A DNA stretch of 64,000 bases from a virus. Numbering within the stretch: the first letter of the stretch is position 1; each line of letters starts with the position of its first letter. The notes beneath the pieces were generated by a model. It ran no database searches, had not been told where the DNA came from, and worked only from the letters and a program-made list of their open reading frames with translations. Shown in pieces: positions 28,811-39,108 of the stretch. The position numbers and the translations under genes were made by a program. The stretch is taken from positions 19,359 through 83,358 of the IMG/VR virus record IMGVR_UViG_3300022752_004829. One strand, 5' to 3'.

Positions 28811-31385
28811 TATTTTAGACGATAAAGATTTTTTTTCTAAATTCGAAGATTTAGATTTAGGTTTGCATGGAGTAAGACTTCCAGAATTTGATATTGAGTC
28901 TTCGGCTAAAAGACATCTTAATGTTAGTGAAGATGTATCCAACTATGATTTTCTTAGAGCCTTAGCTTTAAATGGCTTCAAAGATTTAAAAATAGATAAA
29001 AATTTACCAGAATATAAAAAATATGTAGATCGTGCTAAGTATGAACTTGAAACCTTAAAAGAACTTGGTTTTATTGACTACATTTTGCTTGTATGGGATG
29101 TTATTAATTTCTGTAAAACAAATAATATTCCAGTTGGCCTTGGTAGAGGTTCAGCCGCTGGATCTTTGATTCTCTATTTGATAGGAGTAACAAGAATCGA
29201 TCCAGTTAAATATAATCTTTATTTTGAAAGATTTATATCTAAGATTCGAGCTAAAAAGCAGGTTGTTGATGGGATAACATATCTAGATGGTAGTTTGATG
29301 TGTGACGTAGATCTTGATATTTGTTATTATAATCGCCATAAAGTATTGGAATATCTAGAAACTAAATTCAAGGGTAAAACAAGTAAGATTTTAACACTTA
29401 ATACCTTAAGCGGAAAACTTTTGATTAAAGAATGCGGAAAAATTGTTGGTGAAAAAACAGAAGAGGAGATGACCACAATTTCTTCTTTAATTCCTAAGAT
29501 CTTTGGTCAAGTCAAAGATATTACAACCGCTTATCAGGATGTATCTAAATTTAAAGAATGGTGTGATGAAAATATAGAGGTATACAAGATCGCTTTAAAA
29601 TTAAGAGATTTAATTAAAAATAAAGGGGTACATCCATCTGGAGTCTTGTTATCTTGCAATGATCTAGAAAAAACTTGCCCAACTGAATTTTCATCTGATA
29701 AAGAATCAGTATCAAGTTTTGACATGAATTGGGTTAGTTTATTTAATATAAAACTAGACATTTTAGGTTTAAGAAGCGTCTCCGTTGTTGATGATGTCTG
29801 TAAAAATATTGGAATCAAAGTCCAGGATATTGATTTAAATAATTTATCAATTTATCAAAATCTTCAAGATTTAAAATCTCCACATGGGTTATTTCAAATC
29901 GAAGCAGATACAAACTTTAAAGTATGCCAAAAGGTAAAGCCTAAGAATCTAGAAGAACTTAGCGGAGTTCTAGCTCTAGCAAGACCAGGCGCTTTACAAT
30001 TCGTTGATAAATATGCTAAATATACAAACACTGGTGATTATGAAGGTATTCATCCATTTTTCGATGATATCTTAAAACAAACTGGTGGAGTCGCACTTTA
30101 CCAAGAGCAATTAATGCAAATGGCGCATAAAATTGGATTTAATCTTGATGAAGCAGAAATCTTAAGAAGAATTGTGGGTAAAAAAAAGATTGACGAAATT
30201 AAAGCTTGGCAAAAGAAAATTGATACAAAAATAAAACAGAATAAATTACCCAAAGAAGTCGGTGAAATTTTATGGAAAATTATGGAAGATTCCGCTAACT
30301 ATTCTTTTAATAAATCCCATTCATTAGCTTATGCAGCCTTAGCTGCAGTTACAATATATCTCAAATTCAATTACCCACAGCAGTTTTTCCTTTCTTTACT
30401 TAAAATGAGCAGAAATGAACCAGATCCAATCGGAGAGATTTCTAAAATCCAAAAAGAAATGTATGAATTTAATATCAAACTACTACCCCCACATATAATA
30501 AAGTCTGATATGGATTTCTCTATTGAAGATAAAGACATTAGATTTGGTCTTTTATCAATAAAGGGAATTTCTGATAAATCAATAGAGAAACTAAACAGTT
30601 TTAGAAATAAATATTCAAATAAATTTGAGATATTTCAAGCCGCAGAAGAAGCAGGCTTAAACATAGGAGTTCTTTCCGCATTAATTCAAGCGGGAGCATT
30701 AAGTGGTTTTAACCAATCAAGATCAAAGATCGTATTGGAGGCTCAACTTTGGAATATATTAACCTCTAAAGAAAAGAAATATGCCATATCATTTGCTGAA
30801 AAATTTGAATATGATTTAATTAGGATTATTAAACATTTAAATAAGTTTACTGATGAAAAAAATAATATTGTTATCAAAAATACAAGGCTAGATACAATCA
30901 AATCAAAATATGAGCCTTATTTAAAAATTTATAACCAAAACAGTAAAAGTGAAACATTTGCGAATTGGTATTATGAGAAGAAACTTCTTGGATATACCTA
31001 CAATAAAAATCTAAAAGAAATATTTACTGAAAAAAGAGAAAATTTAAAATATATATCAGATATTGCAGATGAACCAATTAACTCTAAAGTAGTATTTGTT
31101 GGACAAATTGACGATGTATATTCTGGAATATCTAAAAATCAGAAGAAAACAAGATATCTAAGATTAAAAATATCAGACGAAACTGGGATAGCTACAGCAT
31201 TAATATTTAATGATAATATTGAAAATAATAAATTATTAAATAATAAATCTTTTGAAAAAGGTAATATAGTTATTGTTAAAGGATTAAAGAAAGATGATTG
31301 TATATTTGCAGATCTAATAGCTATACAAGATCAAGATATTTATATGAAATTAAATGATTTAAAGAAAAATGATAAAAATAGTTGA
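28788..31385 (+). CDS. dnaE: DNA polymerase III alpha (family C) core lacking the PHP domain
   Basis: GRGSAAGSL, DP..Y.L.FERF, DVDLD catalytic, HPSGV, KLDILGL, YQEQLM, YSFNKSH, IRFGL.SIKG and a C-terminal OB fold. Confidence 0.93.
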   Translation: MMKENLNNILDDKDFFSKFEDLDLGLHGVRLPEFDIESSAKRHLNVSEDVSNYDFLRALALNGFKDLKIDKNLPEYKKYVDRAKYELETLKELGFIDYILLVWDVINFCKTNNIPVGLGRGSAAGSLILYLIGVTRIDPVKYNLYFERFISKIRAKKQVVDGITYLDGSLMCDVDLDICYYNRHKVLEYLETKFKGKTSKILTLNTLSGKLLIKECGKIVGEKTEEEMTTISSLIPKIFGQVKDITTAYQDVSKFKEWCDENIEVYKIALKLRDLIKNKGVHPSGVLLSCNDLEKTCPTEFSSDKESVSSFDMNWVSLFNIKLDILGLRSVSVVDDVCKNIGIKVQDIDLNNLSIYQNLQDLKSPHGLFQIEADTNFKVCQKVKPKNLEELSGVLALARPGALQFVDKYAKYTNTGDYEGIHPFFDDILKQTGGVALYQEQLMQMAHKIGFNLDEAEILRRIVGKKKIDEIKAWQKKIDTKIKQNKLPKEVGEILWKIMEDSANYSFNKSHSLAYAALAAVTIYLKFNYPQQFFLSLLKMSRNEPDPIGEISKIQKEMYEFNIKLLPPHIIKSDMDFSIEDKDIRFGLLSIKGISDKSIEKLNSFRNKYSNKFEIFQAAEEAGLNIGVLSALIQAGALSGFNQSRSKIVLEAQLWNILTSKEKKYAISFAEKFEYDLIRIIKHLNKFTDEKNNIVIKNTRLDTIKSKYEPYLKIYNQNSKSETFANWYYEKKLLGYTYNKNLKEIFTEKRENLKYISDIADEPINSKVVFVGQIDDVYSGISKNQKKTRYLRLKISDETGIATALIFNDNIENNKLLNNKSFEKGNIVIVKGLKKDDCIFADLIAIQDQDIYMKLNDLKKNDKNS

Positions 31386-31410
31386 CATTTATTCATACTT
31401 AATATAATAT
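31382..31410 (+). promoter_or_regulatory. Sigma70-type promoter
   Basis: TTGACA (31382-31387) followed by TATAAT/TAATAT at 31403-31410. Confidence 0.6.
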
Positions 31411-31417
31411 AAGCTAT

Positions 31418-31966
31418 ATGATTTCATTTTATAAACCAAATAGTAAAAATACTGGAACTGCTTGCAGTTTCACGGTAAATGCAAAGGATGCCTCAATATG
31501 GGGATCTTTAATAAAACAATCTTCATGGAACGAAGTAAAAAAGATAGGTTCATTTTCAGAAAATCAAAATAATCCAAATAAAAGCGTAAAAATTAAATTT
31601 TCTTTAACAGAAGCCGCTGGTATATTAGACGCAATAGAGAGGAATGTCGAATTTTCGGCATACCACACTTCAGAAAAACAAACAACTAGAATAAAATTCT
31701 GTCCTTATATTAAAGAAGAAAAGCAAGTGGGATATTCATACTCTGTAAATAAAGAGGATAAGCAAAATAGCGAAAATAAACAATCTTATTTAATTGGATT
31801 TTATTTTAATGAGGCTACTCTTATAAGAGAATTTTTAAAATTTGCATTGAATAATATATTTCATCAACAAGAAATAGAAAATATTAAAAAATTAAAAAAT
31901 AGAAAGATTGAAGCTAAACCTCCAACCGAATCTAATCAAGAAGATGGAGATGGCGAAATTTGGTGA
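31418..31966 (+). CDS. Putative ssDNA-binding protein (Whirly/PC4-like) with acidic C-terminal tail
   Basis: FYK......A.SF..W...K.KFSLTE pattern, C-terminal EDGDGEIW, and position right after the polymerase. Confidence 0.5.
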   Translation: MISFYKPNSKNTGTACSFTVNAKDASIWGSLIKQSSWNEVKKIGSFSENQNNPNKSVKIKFSLTEAAGILDAIERNVEFSAYHTSEKQTTRIKFCPYIKEEKQVGYSYSVNKEDKQNSENKQSYLIGFYFNEATLIREFLKFALNNIFHQQEIENIKKLKNRKIEAKPPTESNQEDGDGEIW

Positions 31967-33879
31967 AAAAGAAAAAAGTTTTAATACAAACAGATTTTGC
32001 CTTAGCGAAAACAGGCTTCGGTAGAAATGCGAAAGCATTATTAAAATATCTATATAATTTAAATAAATATGATATCACACATTACTGCTGTGGTATGCCA
32101 TGGAGTCATCCAGAATTAAAAAGAACTCCATGGAAATCCTTTGGGTCACTACCAGACACACAACAAGAATTGGAATTATTAAATAGAGATCCTAATCTAG
32201 CTAGAATGGCTAGTTATGGCGCGCACTTTTTAGATAGAATAATTGAACAAGAAAAGCCAGATATATACATTGCGATCCAAGATATTTGGGGGGTTGATTT
32301 TGCAATAGATAAACCTTGGTTTAATAAAATAAACTCAGTTATTTGGACTACGTTAGATTCTTTGCCTATATTAGATTCTGCGATATCATGCGCTCCTAAA
32401 GTTAAAAATTATTGGATATGGAGTAATTTCGCAACTAAAGCTCTAAATAATATGGGATTTGGTCATGTCAAAACTGTTCATGGATGTCTAGAAACTAAAG
32501 ATTTTTATAAACTATCAGATTTTGATAGAAAAAAGCTAAGAAATAAATATAACTTGCCTCAAGATGCATTCATAATTGGGTATGTATTTAGAAATCAATT
32601 AAGGAAAAGCGTTCCTAATTTATTAGAGGGATACGCTTTATGGAAAAAGGAAAATCCAAATATAAAAAATACTTTTTTACTTTTGCATACTCACTGGGGA
32701 GAAGGCTGGAATATTCCAAAGCTTTGTAGTGAACTTGGAGTAAATATTCAAGAAGTTTTAACAACTTACGTATGTAGAAATTGTGGCGAATATGAAATTA
32801 AGAATTTTGCTGGACAGGATCTAAATTGTAAATACTGCGGAGCAGAAAAGAGTCAAACAACCACAAACGTTAGCATCGGAGTATCAGAAGAACAACTTAA
32901 TGAAGTATATAACCTTATGGATGTTTATTGCCATCCATTTACTAGTGGTGGTCAAGAAATTCCTATTCAAGAAGCTAAATTAACAGAACTCATTACTTTA
33001 GTTACAAATTATTCTTGTGGCGAAGAAATGTGTGAAAAAGACGCGTATTCTATTCCATTAGAATGGTCAGAATATAGAGAGCATGGAACAGAATTTAGAA
33101 AAGCTTCAACCTGTCCAAAATCTATAGCAAAAAACTTAAATAAAGTATATAAGATGTCTAAAACGGAAAAGATTGAAATGGGTAAGAATGCTAGAGATTG
33201 GACTATAAAAAATTTCTCAGTAGAATCTGTAGGATCATTTATATCAAATTTCATCGATAATTGTGAATATGTAGATCTTGATTTATCTCAAAGTCATATC
33301 GAAAGAAATCCTAATGTAGTAATTCCAGATATAAAAGATAATAAAGAATGGATATTATACTTATATCATAATGTTTTATGTCTTAAGAATATAAATGAAA
33401 AAGACTCTGGATTTATATACTGGATGGATCAAATTTCCAAAGGAATGCCTAGGAATGAAATAGAAACTTACTTTAGGAAAGTCGCCTCAGAAGATTTAAA
33501 TAAAAATAAACAAATCCCATTCGAAGAAATCTTAGATAAAGATGATAATGGTAAAAGAATCTTAGTTGTTATGCCAGAAAGCGCTGGAGATGTTTTCATG
33601 ATCACTAGCCTATTGCCATCCATAAAAAATATATATCCAGAATATAATATATACTTTGCTACAAAACCAGAATATTTTTCAATTTTAAATGGAAATAAAT
33701 ATATTCATAAAACTATACCATACATTCCTCAAATGGACAATTTAATGTGGTTAGAAGGAGCTGGCGACCATAAAGGTTTTTTTGAAATAGCATTCCTACC
33801 TCACATAGGAACACAGAGAATTTTAAATTATTTGCATAATGGCAAAGATAAAATAGAATTTAAAATTAAAAATTTTTAA
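31960..33879 (+). CDS. Multidomain glycosyltransferase: GT4-like with Zn-finger insert + DUF4214-like + GT9 N-lobe
   Basis: TGFG, RNQLRK, CRNC..CKYC, MDVY.HP..SGGQEIPIQEA; LY..VL...DSG..YW...I..G; ILVV.PESAGDV.M.TSLL..IK..YP. Confidence 0.75.
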   Translation: MVKKKKVLIQTDFALAKTGFGRNAKALLKYLYNLNKYDITHYCCGMPWSHPELKRTPWKSFGSLPDTQQELELLNRDPNLARMASYGAHFLDRIIEQEKPDIYIAIQDIWGVDFAIDKPWFNKINSVIWTTLDSLPILDSAISCAPKVKNYWIWSNFATKALNNMGFGHVKTVHGCLETKDFYKLSDFDRKKLRNKYNLPQDAFIIGYVFRNQLRKSVPNLLEGYALWKKENPNIKNTFLLLHTHWGEGWNIPKLCSELGVNIQEVLTTYVCRNCGEYEIKNFAGQDLNCKYCGAEKSQTTTNVSIGVSEEQLNEVYNLMDVYCHPFTSGGQEIPIQEAKLTELITLVTNYSCGEEMCEKDAYSIPLEWSEYREHGTEFRKASTCPKSIAKNLNKVYKMSKTEKIEMGKNARDWTIKNFSVESVGSFISNFIDNCEYVDLDLSQSHIERNPNVVIPDIKDNKEWILYLYHNVLCLKNINEKDSGFIYWMDQISKGMPRNEIETYFRKVASEDLNKNKQIPFEEILDKDDNGKRILVVMPESAGDVFMITSLLPSIKNIYPEYNIYFATKPEYFSILNGNKYIHKTIPYIPQMDNLMWLEGAGDHKGFFEIAFLPHIGTQRILNYLHNGKDKIEFKIKNF

Positions 33880-33888
33880 TATAAATAT

Positions 33889-35067
33889 ATGCATATATTA
33901 GAACAATACGCATTAAATTGTGGGGTATCTATATCCAAGCCATTTATAAATGAAGAATTTTTTCCATTACCATTTGAAAAGTATATAACCCTACATCCAA
34001 AAGGAAAATTCCATTCCAGAGAATATGATTATTGGGAGGAAGTAACTACTAATCTTTATCCGATCCTAAATAAGCATAATATTAAAATTGTTCAAATTGG
34101 AAATAAAGAGGATAATCTTATCCCCTTCTGTTATTCAATAAACGGTCAGACTAACTTGAATAATTTAGCTTATATAATAAAGAATTCGCTTTTGCATCTA
34201 GGAATAGATAGCCTTCCAATTCATTTAGCTTCTGCTTATGATAAAAAAATAGTTGGATTATATTGCAACATGTATCCAAATCAATCTAAACCATATTGGT
34301 CAGATTCAAATGATTACGAGATTTTATTTGCAGATCTAAAAGATAAAAAGCCTTCATACGCAGCTATAGAAAATCCAAAAACAATAAATACCATAAAACC
34401 AGAATCTATAGTTAACGCAGTTTTAAAAAAATTAAATATAAATGAAAAAATTACTAATAAAACAATTTATAATGGTGAATCAAGTCATTTAAGATCTATT
34501 GAGATAATACCAGATCATGTTCCAAACTTGTCTTCTTTTAATATAAATATTGCTAATATAAGAATGGATTATCATTTTGACGAACAATTTTTATTTAATA
34601 TTCTTAGCGTATATCAAAGCAATATATTAACAAATAAAGCTATTAATATAAATCAACTAATTAAATTTAAGAAGAATATATTAAATATTTTCTTTATCAT
34701 AGATAGTGAATCAAATTTTGATATTAAATTTATAAAGAATTTAAAAGCAAATGGAATAAAATTCTCCATTATATCTTTTATATCAGAAGAAAAGATTGAA
34801 AAATTTAAAATTGATACAATGGATTTCTCTAACATTATAATTAAGAATTTAGAAAAAAACAAAGATACAATAAAATCATTCTATAAAGATAATCTTAAGT
34901 TTAAATCAAGTAAGCTTCTCCTAAGTCAGGGTAAAATGTACCCATCTTTTGGAAGCTTTAAATCAAATATACATTATAAAGAATCCCTCCATGAATATTT
35001 TGATTTTGATAATAAAGACGATCTTTATAAAGAATTGGAAAATTTTTATATTTTTAGCATTGACTAA
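33889..35067 (+). CDS. GT9 (heptosyltransferase-like) C-lobe plus C-terminal extension
   Basis: ITLHP..R.Y..W, VQIG, G.TNL..LA..I....LHLGIDS.P.HLA.A..K.IVGLY. Confidence 0.75.
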   Translation: MHILEQYALNCGVSISKPFINEEFFPLPFEKYITLHPKGKFHSREYDYWEEVTTNLYPILNKHNIKIVQIGNKEDNLIPFCYSINGQTNLNNLAYIIKNSLLHLGIDSLPIHLASAYDKKIVGLYCNMYPNQSKPYWSDSNDYEILFADLKDKKPSYAAIENPKTINTIKPESIVNAVLKKLNINEKITNKTIYNGESSHLRSIEIIPDHVPNLSSFNINIANIRMDYHFDEQFLFNILSVYQSNILTNKAININQLIKFKKNILNIFFIIDSESNFDIKFIKNLKANGIKFSIISFISEEKIEKFKIDTMDFSNIIIKNLEKNKDTIKSFYKDNLKFKSSKLLLSQGKMYPSFGSFKSNIHYKESLHEYFDFDNKDDLYKELENFYIFSID

Positions 35068-35088
35068 TATAATAATTTCGGATATCAT
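35060..35088 (+). promoter_or_regulatory. Sigma70-type promoter
   Basis: TTGACT (35060-35065), 17 bp spacer, TATCAT (35083-35088); ATG at 35095. Confidence 0.65.
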
Positions 35089-35094
35089 ATATAA

Positions 35095-35910
35095 ATGAAT
35101 CCAAAAAACAAGAAAGAAGAGAATACAATTTCTATTGGTAGCTCAGAACTTTCAAATTTCATTTCTCAAAAAATTGAAATTAATTCAATTGATGCAGTCG
35201 AATCAATAACTCAAATTCCACCAAATATTATTTCAAGAAACAAATATGGTCTTTTAGAAAATTCAAACGTAAATTATATCTATAATGAAGATGGTACAAT
35301 TAATTGGCGAAAAATGGTAAAGACAGAGTACCTAGTTCCAAATCGTCAAAAGACACAAGAGACGGACGTATCTAAATTAGAAGATAAAGATCTATTAATT
35401 TTACTTGGAGGAATTAAAGAGCTCGCTCAAATACGTGGATATACAAGCGTTGAGTATAAAGTTATTTCAGCTTCAGAAAACTATTTCGCTACTTCATGTA
35501 AGATTAAATGGATTCCAAATTACGAAACAGATAATCGAGCTATAGAATTTGAAGCGCTTGCGGATGCTACAAGTAATAATACAAAGTCTTTTGCTCGTTT
35601 CTTTTTGGCTGCAATCGCAGAAAATAGGGCTTTTGTAAGATGTGTCCGTAATTTTCTTAAGATTAATATTGTATCTCAAGAGGAACTTGGAGATGTAAAG
35701 CTACTAGAAGATTCTTCAGCAAATCAAGACAATCCTACATCTCCACACACATTACTTGATAAAGTAATGAAACATAAATCTATTTCCTTCGAGCAGCTAA
35801 AAAAGAAATTAATTAAAGAAAATTTCGAAAATGCAGAAGGTATAAATGAATTATCCGATATTCCAAAAGCAAAAATTTTTGAACTTATTGAAAGAATTAA
35901 GAAATCTTAA
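35095..35910 (+). CDS. Putative single-strand annealing protein (Rad52/RecT/ERF-like fold)
   Basis: GIKELA..RG, beta-rich middle and AIAENRAFVRCVR helix, typical of annealase-like phage proteins; inferred. Confidence 0.45.
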   Translation: MNPKNKKEENTISIGSSELSNFISQKIEINSIDAVESITQIPPNIISRNKYGLLENSNVNYIYNEDGTINWRKMVKTEYLVPNRQKTQETDVSKLEDKDLLILLGGIKELAQIRGYTSVEYKVISASENYFATSCKIKWIPNYETDNRAIEFEALADATSNNTKSFARFFLAAIAENRAFVRCVRNFLKINIVSQEELGDVKLLEDSSANQDNPTSPHTLLDKVMKHKSISFEQLKKKLIKENFENAEGINELSDIPKAKIFELIERIKKS

Positions 35911-36704
35911 CTTAAAATATAAGTTGAAAAGTTTATAGAAACCTTACCATTTTCACTAACATTTAAATTTAAATCCTCATTATTTTTAATAATATTATTA
36001 AATGTAAAAGATAAAATATTTTCTAGAGTAGAATATTTTTTAAAATTTACCTGCATAGATTGTATCTGTCCGTTTAGCAAAAAAGATCGCATATTAGACA
36101 TCATAAAGTTATCTATATCTAAATCAAAAGAAAAATTAATTTTTATTGGATAGCTTACTAATACTTGATTAGGATAATACTCTCCAATATCATATTGAGG
36201 TATACGATCTGTTGATATCGTCATCTCAAAAGAGCTTAATCGATTCGATGTTGCCTCATTGAATATTATTTCAGTATAACATATATCATAAGGATCTATA
36301 TTATAATTTAAAGGCGCATTTACACTAATACCAGTATTCTCTGCAAAAGCTCCATAGACATCTATATTTGCTCGACATACCACTGGATTCTCTATAGAAC
36401 TCTTTATATTATATCTAGTTAAATATCCGCTCGTAAAATTTACATATTTATTTGCATATCCAAAAGTACCACTTATAGGAGCTTCTCCCGTAAAAGAAAG
36501 TAAGGGATCAATATTAGAAGGAATGTATTCAATAGATAATGAAGATTTATTTTGATCGGTTACTAAATAATTGAATCCTGTATCCTCTAAAGCTAAAGAT
36601 GGAAATATATTGGTATCATATGATACACCAAAAGATTGAACTCCAGATACAAACTGGTTATTTAGATAAATATTTTGATTTTGTTTAGAAGAAAAGATAG
36701 GCAT
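35907..36704 (-). CDS. Tail-tube-like / baseplate structural protein
   Basis: SGVQSF.VS, R.P.Y.IG...P...YPI and beta-rich pattern resembling the tube protein at 54790..55929; GTGTAA upstream. Confidence 0.45.
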   Translation of the reverse strand: MPIFSSKQNQNIYLNNQFVSGVQSFGVSYDTNIFPSLALEDTGFNYLVTDQNKSSLSIEYIPSNIDPLLSFTGEAPISGTFGYANKYVNFTSGYLTRYNIKSSIENPVVCRANIDVYGAFAENTGISVNAPLNYNIDPYDICYTEIIFNEATSNRLSSFEMTISTDRIPQYDIGEYYPNQVLVSYPIKINFSFDLDIDNFMMSNMRSFLLNGQIQSMQVNFKKYSTLENILSFTFNNIIKNNEDLNLNVSENGKVSINFSTYILS

Positions 36705-36713
36705 TTAATATAA

Positions 36714-36736
36714 TTACACCATTAAAACAAGTGTAA
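36714..36736. promoter_or_regulatory. Back-to-back GTGTAA phage promoter motifs
   Basis: TTACAC (36714-36719) and GTGTAA (36731-36736) between two divergent structural genes. Confidence 0.65.
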
Positions 36737-36757
36737 TTATTTAAAAGGTATAAGGTC

Positions 36758-37300
36758 ATGGCAAGTATATACGATACAGTTTCTGGCTGGTCTAGCGCTG
36801 TTAACTATATTAAATACAATATAGTTTCTGGATCAGATTCTAGATATTATTATTCTATTATAAATAATAATAGTGGAGCAGGAAATAATCCAACTTCGCT
36901 GGCCAATCTTCAAACTCAATGGGATGGATATATAAATATTAATGGAACGCTAATGCCTAATTTCTTCTGGAAACCATCCTATACAAGTACATTGAATATT
37001 AATCCATATACAAATGTTATTCAATTTGGTAATGGATATCAGCAAAGAATTAATCAAACAATTAACCCTAATCTATCTGAATTTGAAGCGCAATTTGATA
37101 ATAGAACTGAGTTTGAATCTGTCTCTCTACTTCATTTTTTAAATGCTAGATCTGCAAAAGAAGCTTTTATATATAATGTTCCAACAATATTTAGGAAATC
37201 TACTTTTTCCACTAAATTTATATCACCAAATTGGTCAGTTACATATAATTCATATAATAATTATTCAATAAAAGTTAAACTTCAAGAGGTCTCTGCATAA
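36758..37300 (+). CDS. Minor tail protein, lambda gpM-like (distal tail)
   Basis: F.WKP, IQFGNGYQQR and FL..R...EAF.Y. Confidence 0.8.
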   Translation: MASIYDTVSGWSSAVNYIKYNIVSGSDSRYYYSIINNNSGAGNNPTSLANLQTQWDGYININGTLMPNFFWKPSYTSTLNINPYTNVIQFGNGYQQRINQTINPNLSEFEAQFDNRTEFESVSLLHFLNARSAKEAFIYNVPTIFRKSTFSTKFISPNWSVTYNSYNNYSIKVKLQEVSA

Positions 37301-39108
37301 TGCCAACTCAACAAGAAGTATTTAATGAAATTGTAAGTGGATATAAATCTTTAAATGCAGAACTATCCAAATTAGAACCAAGTACTCCAATCTCTTTCTA
37401 CGAAATAGATCTTAACGAAATCTATCCCAAGGCAAATTATGCTCAATCAGATCAGCCCATTGTAAATGGTATTCTAAGAATATATAATGATTACAATTTA
37501 TTTAACATTTCATCTAATCCTTATGGGACAATAAATTGGCAAGGTAATTATTATTATCCATTTCCTATATACGCAGAAGGATTTGACCTAACCTCTTCTA
37601 CTACATTACCGACACCCATGGTTTCTTTTTCTAATTTTTCGCCAGATTTATCTAATAATTCATTTTATAAATATATTAGAATGCAAGTAGAATCATTAGG
37701 TGATATTGTAGGCTGTAAATTTACTAGAATAAGAAGTTTCTTAAAATATCTAAGATCTAGTAATTTTTCAAATAATATAAATCCTTACAATACCGATCCT
37801 TCAATTGTAGAAATAGAATTACCAAGAGATATATATTATATTGATAGAAAAAATTTAGAAACAAGATCAAAATTAGAATTTACATTGTCTTCTATATTAG
37901 ATGTAGAAAATGTAAATCTACCTGGAAGAATGATTTTAGGAACAAGATGCCCCTATCAATATAGAGGTGAAGGTTGTTTATATGAATATGAAAAAAGAAA
38001 AACTTATATTCACAGCGGAATATATGGACAAGTGGTTAATCCAGATATTAATATTACGTTACCATTAGAAGCACCACCAGTTGCAACAGATAATGATGAA
38101 TTATTTATTGGAACAATATTTACTGGAAATTCTGAAGCAGCAAGGTTTAGCGGACTAGATTATAAAAGAGTTGGTACTGGTAATTATGGAAATTTAAGTC
38201 AATGGACTTTTACAAATTATACTCGTGGTGGAGCTGGAACAGATTTAGCTGCAGCAACAATTTTGAATGATGGAAACGGAGCAGTTGCAGGAATTACTTC
38301 TCAGGCTTCAATTGGAGTTGTACAATTAAATCTAAATACTGGAGCCGAAATTACAAGAATTAGATTGACATCAATTACGACTATTAATAATAATTATCAA
38401 GTTCAATTTTCAATGAATAATGGATCATGGAATACAGTTAGAAATGTTAGTGGTTTAGATTTAACATGGCCATTAAATGGTAGTGCATCAGGAACATATC
38501 AACTTGATTTTCCATCTAGAGGAATACATACTGGGTGGAGATTAATAACGACTAATTCTTCTGCTGGCACGCAAATCTCCGAATTAAATTTTAGTGGTCA
38601 GTATAGGGTCGGAGACGAAGGATTATGGAACACGGGTATTGCGTATGAAAAAGGAGATTATGTATATTTAGAAAAAGAAGGAATAAAATACTACTTTGTT
38701 TCAATTACTGGTCATACATCTGATGTTTTTAATAATCCACCAAATAGAAATTATTGGGGTTCAGATAATTGTAGTAAAACAATATATGGTTGTAATCTTA
38801 GATGGCTAAAGAATCCTTATTTCAGACCAGTCTTATGGCCAACTACAAGAGAAGGTTGGGATCAAGATGGTTTTATACGTAGGTATCAAATTACGGGTAC
38901 TGGAGGACTTAATTCAAATACAAATATTAGAAGACTAATTACTCCTCCTTGGTATAGGACTGGAATAAATGATGGTTGGCCAAGAAGACCTGATGTTCAT
39001 GACCCAAATAGTAATTATGCACATGGATTACCAAAAGATATTAGTGGAGAATATCTAAATGGATTTATTCCATTCGGAGGATTTCCAGGAGTAGAAAAAT
39101 TACAATGA
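37300..39108 (+). CDS. Minor tail protein, lambda gpL-like with insertions
   Basis: FYEID, I.WQG..Y.PFPI.AEGF, P.D.YYIDRK, LPGR....CPYQYRG.GC.Y, D.CSK...GC.LR and PFGGFPG. Confidence 0.85.
   Translation: MPTQQEVFNEIVSGYKSLNAELSKLEPSTPISFYEIDLNEIYPKANYAQSDQPIVNGILRIYNDYNLFNISSNPYGTINWQGNYYYPFPIYAEGFDLTSSTTLPTPMVSFSNFSPDLSNNSFYKYIRMQVESLGDIVGCKFTRIRSFLKYLRSSNFSNNINPYNTDPSIVEIELPRDIYYIDRKNLETRSKLEFTLSSILDVENVNLPGRMILGTRCPYQYRGEGCLYEYEKRKTYIHSGIYGQVVNPDINITLPLEAPPVATDNDELFIGTIFTGNSEAARFSGLDYKRVGTGNYGNLSQWTFTNYTRGGAGTDLAAATILNDGNGAVAGITSQASIGVVQLNLNTGAEITRIRLTSITTINNNYQVQFSMNNGSWNTVRNVSGLDLTWPLNGSASGTYQLDFPSRGIHTGWRLITTNSSAGTQISELNFSGQYRVGDEGLWNTGIAYEKGDYVYLEKEGIKYYFVSITGHTSDVFNNPPNRNYWGSDNCSKTIYGCNLRWLKNPYFRPVLWPTTREGWDQDGFIRRYQITGTGGLNSNTNIRRLITPPWYRTGINDGWPRRPDVHDPNSNYAHGLPKDISGEYLNGFIPFGGFPGVEKLQ

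Noticed and set aside
1984-31385. Inteins or self-splicing introns in nrdA/nrdB, recA-like, dnaB, thyX or dnaE
   Set aside because: The proteins are of ordinary length with contiguous motifs; no intein splice-junction or LAGLIDADG/HNH inserts were seen.
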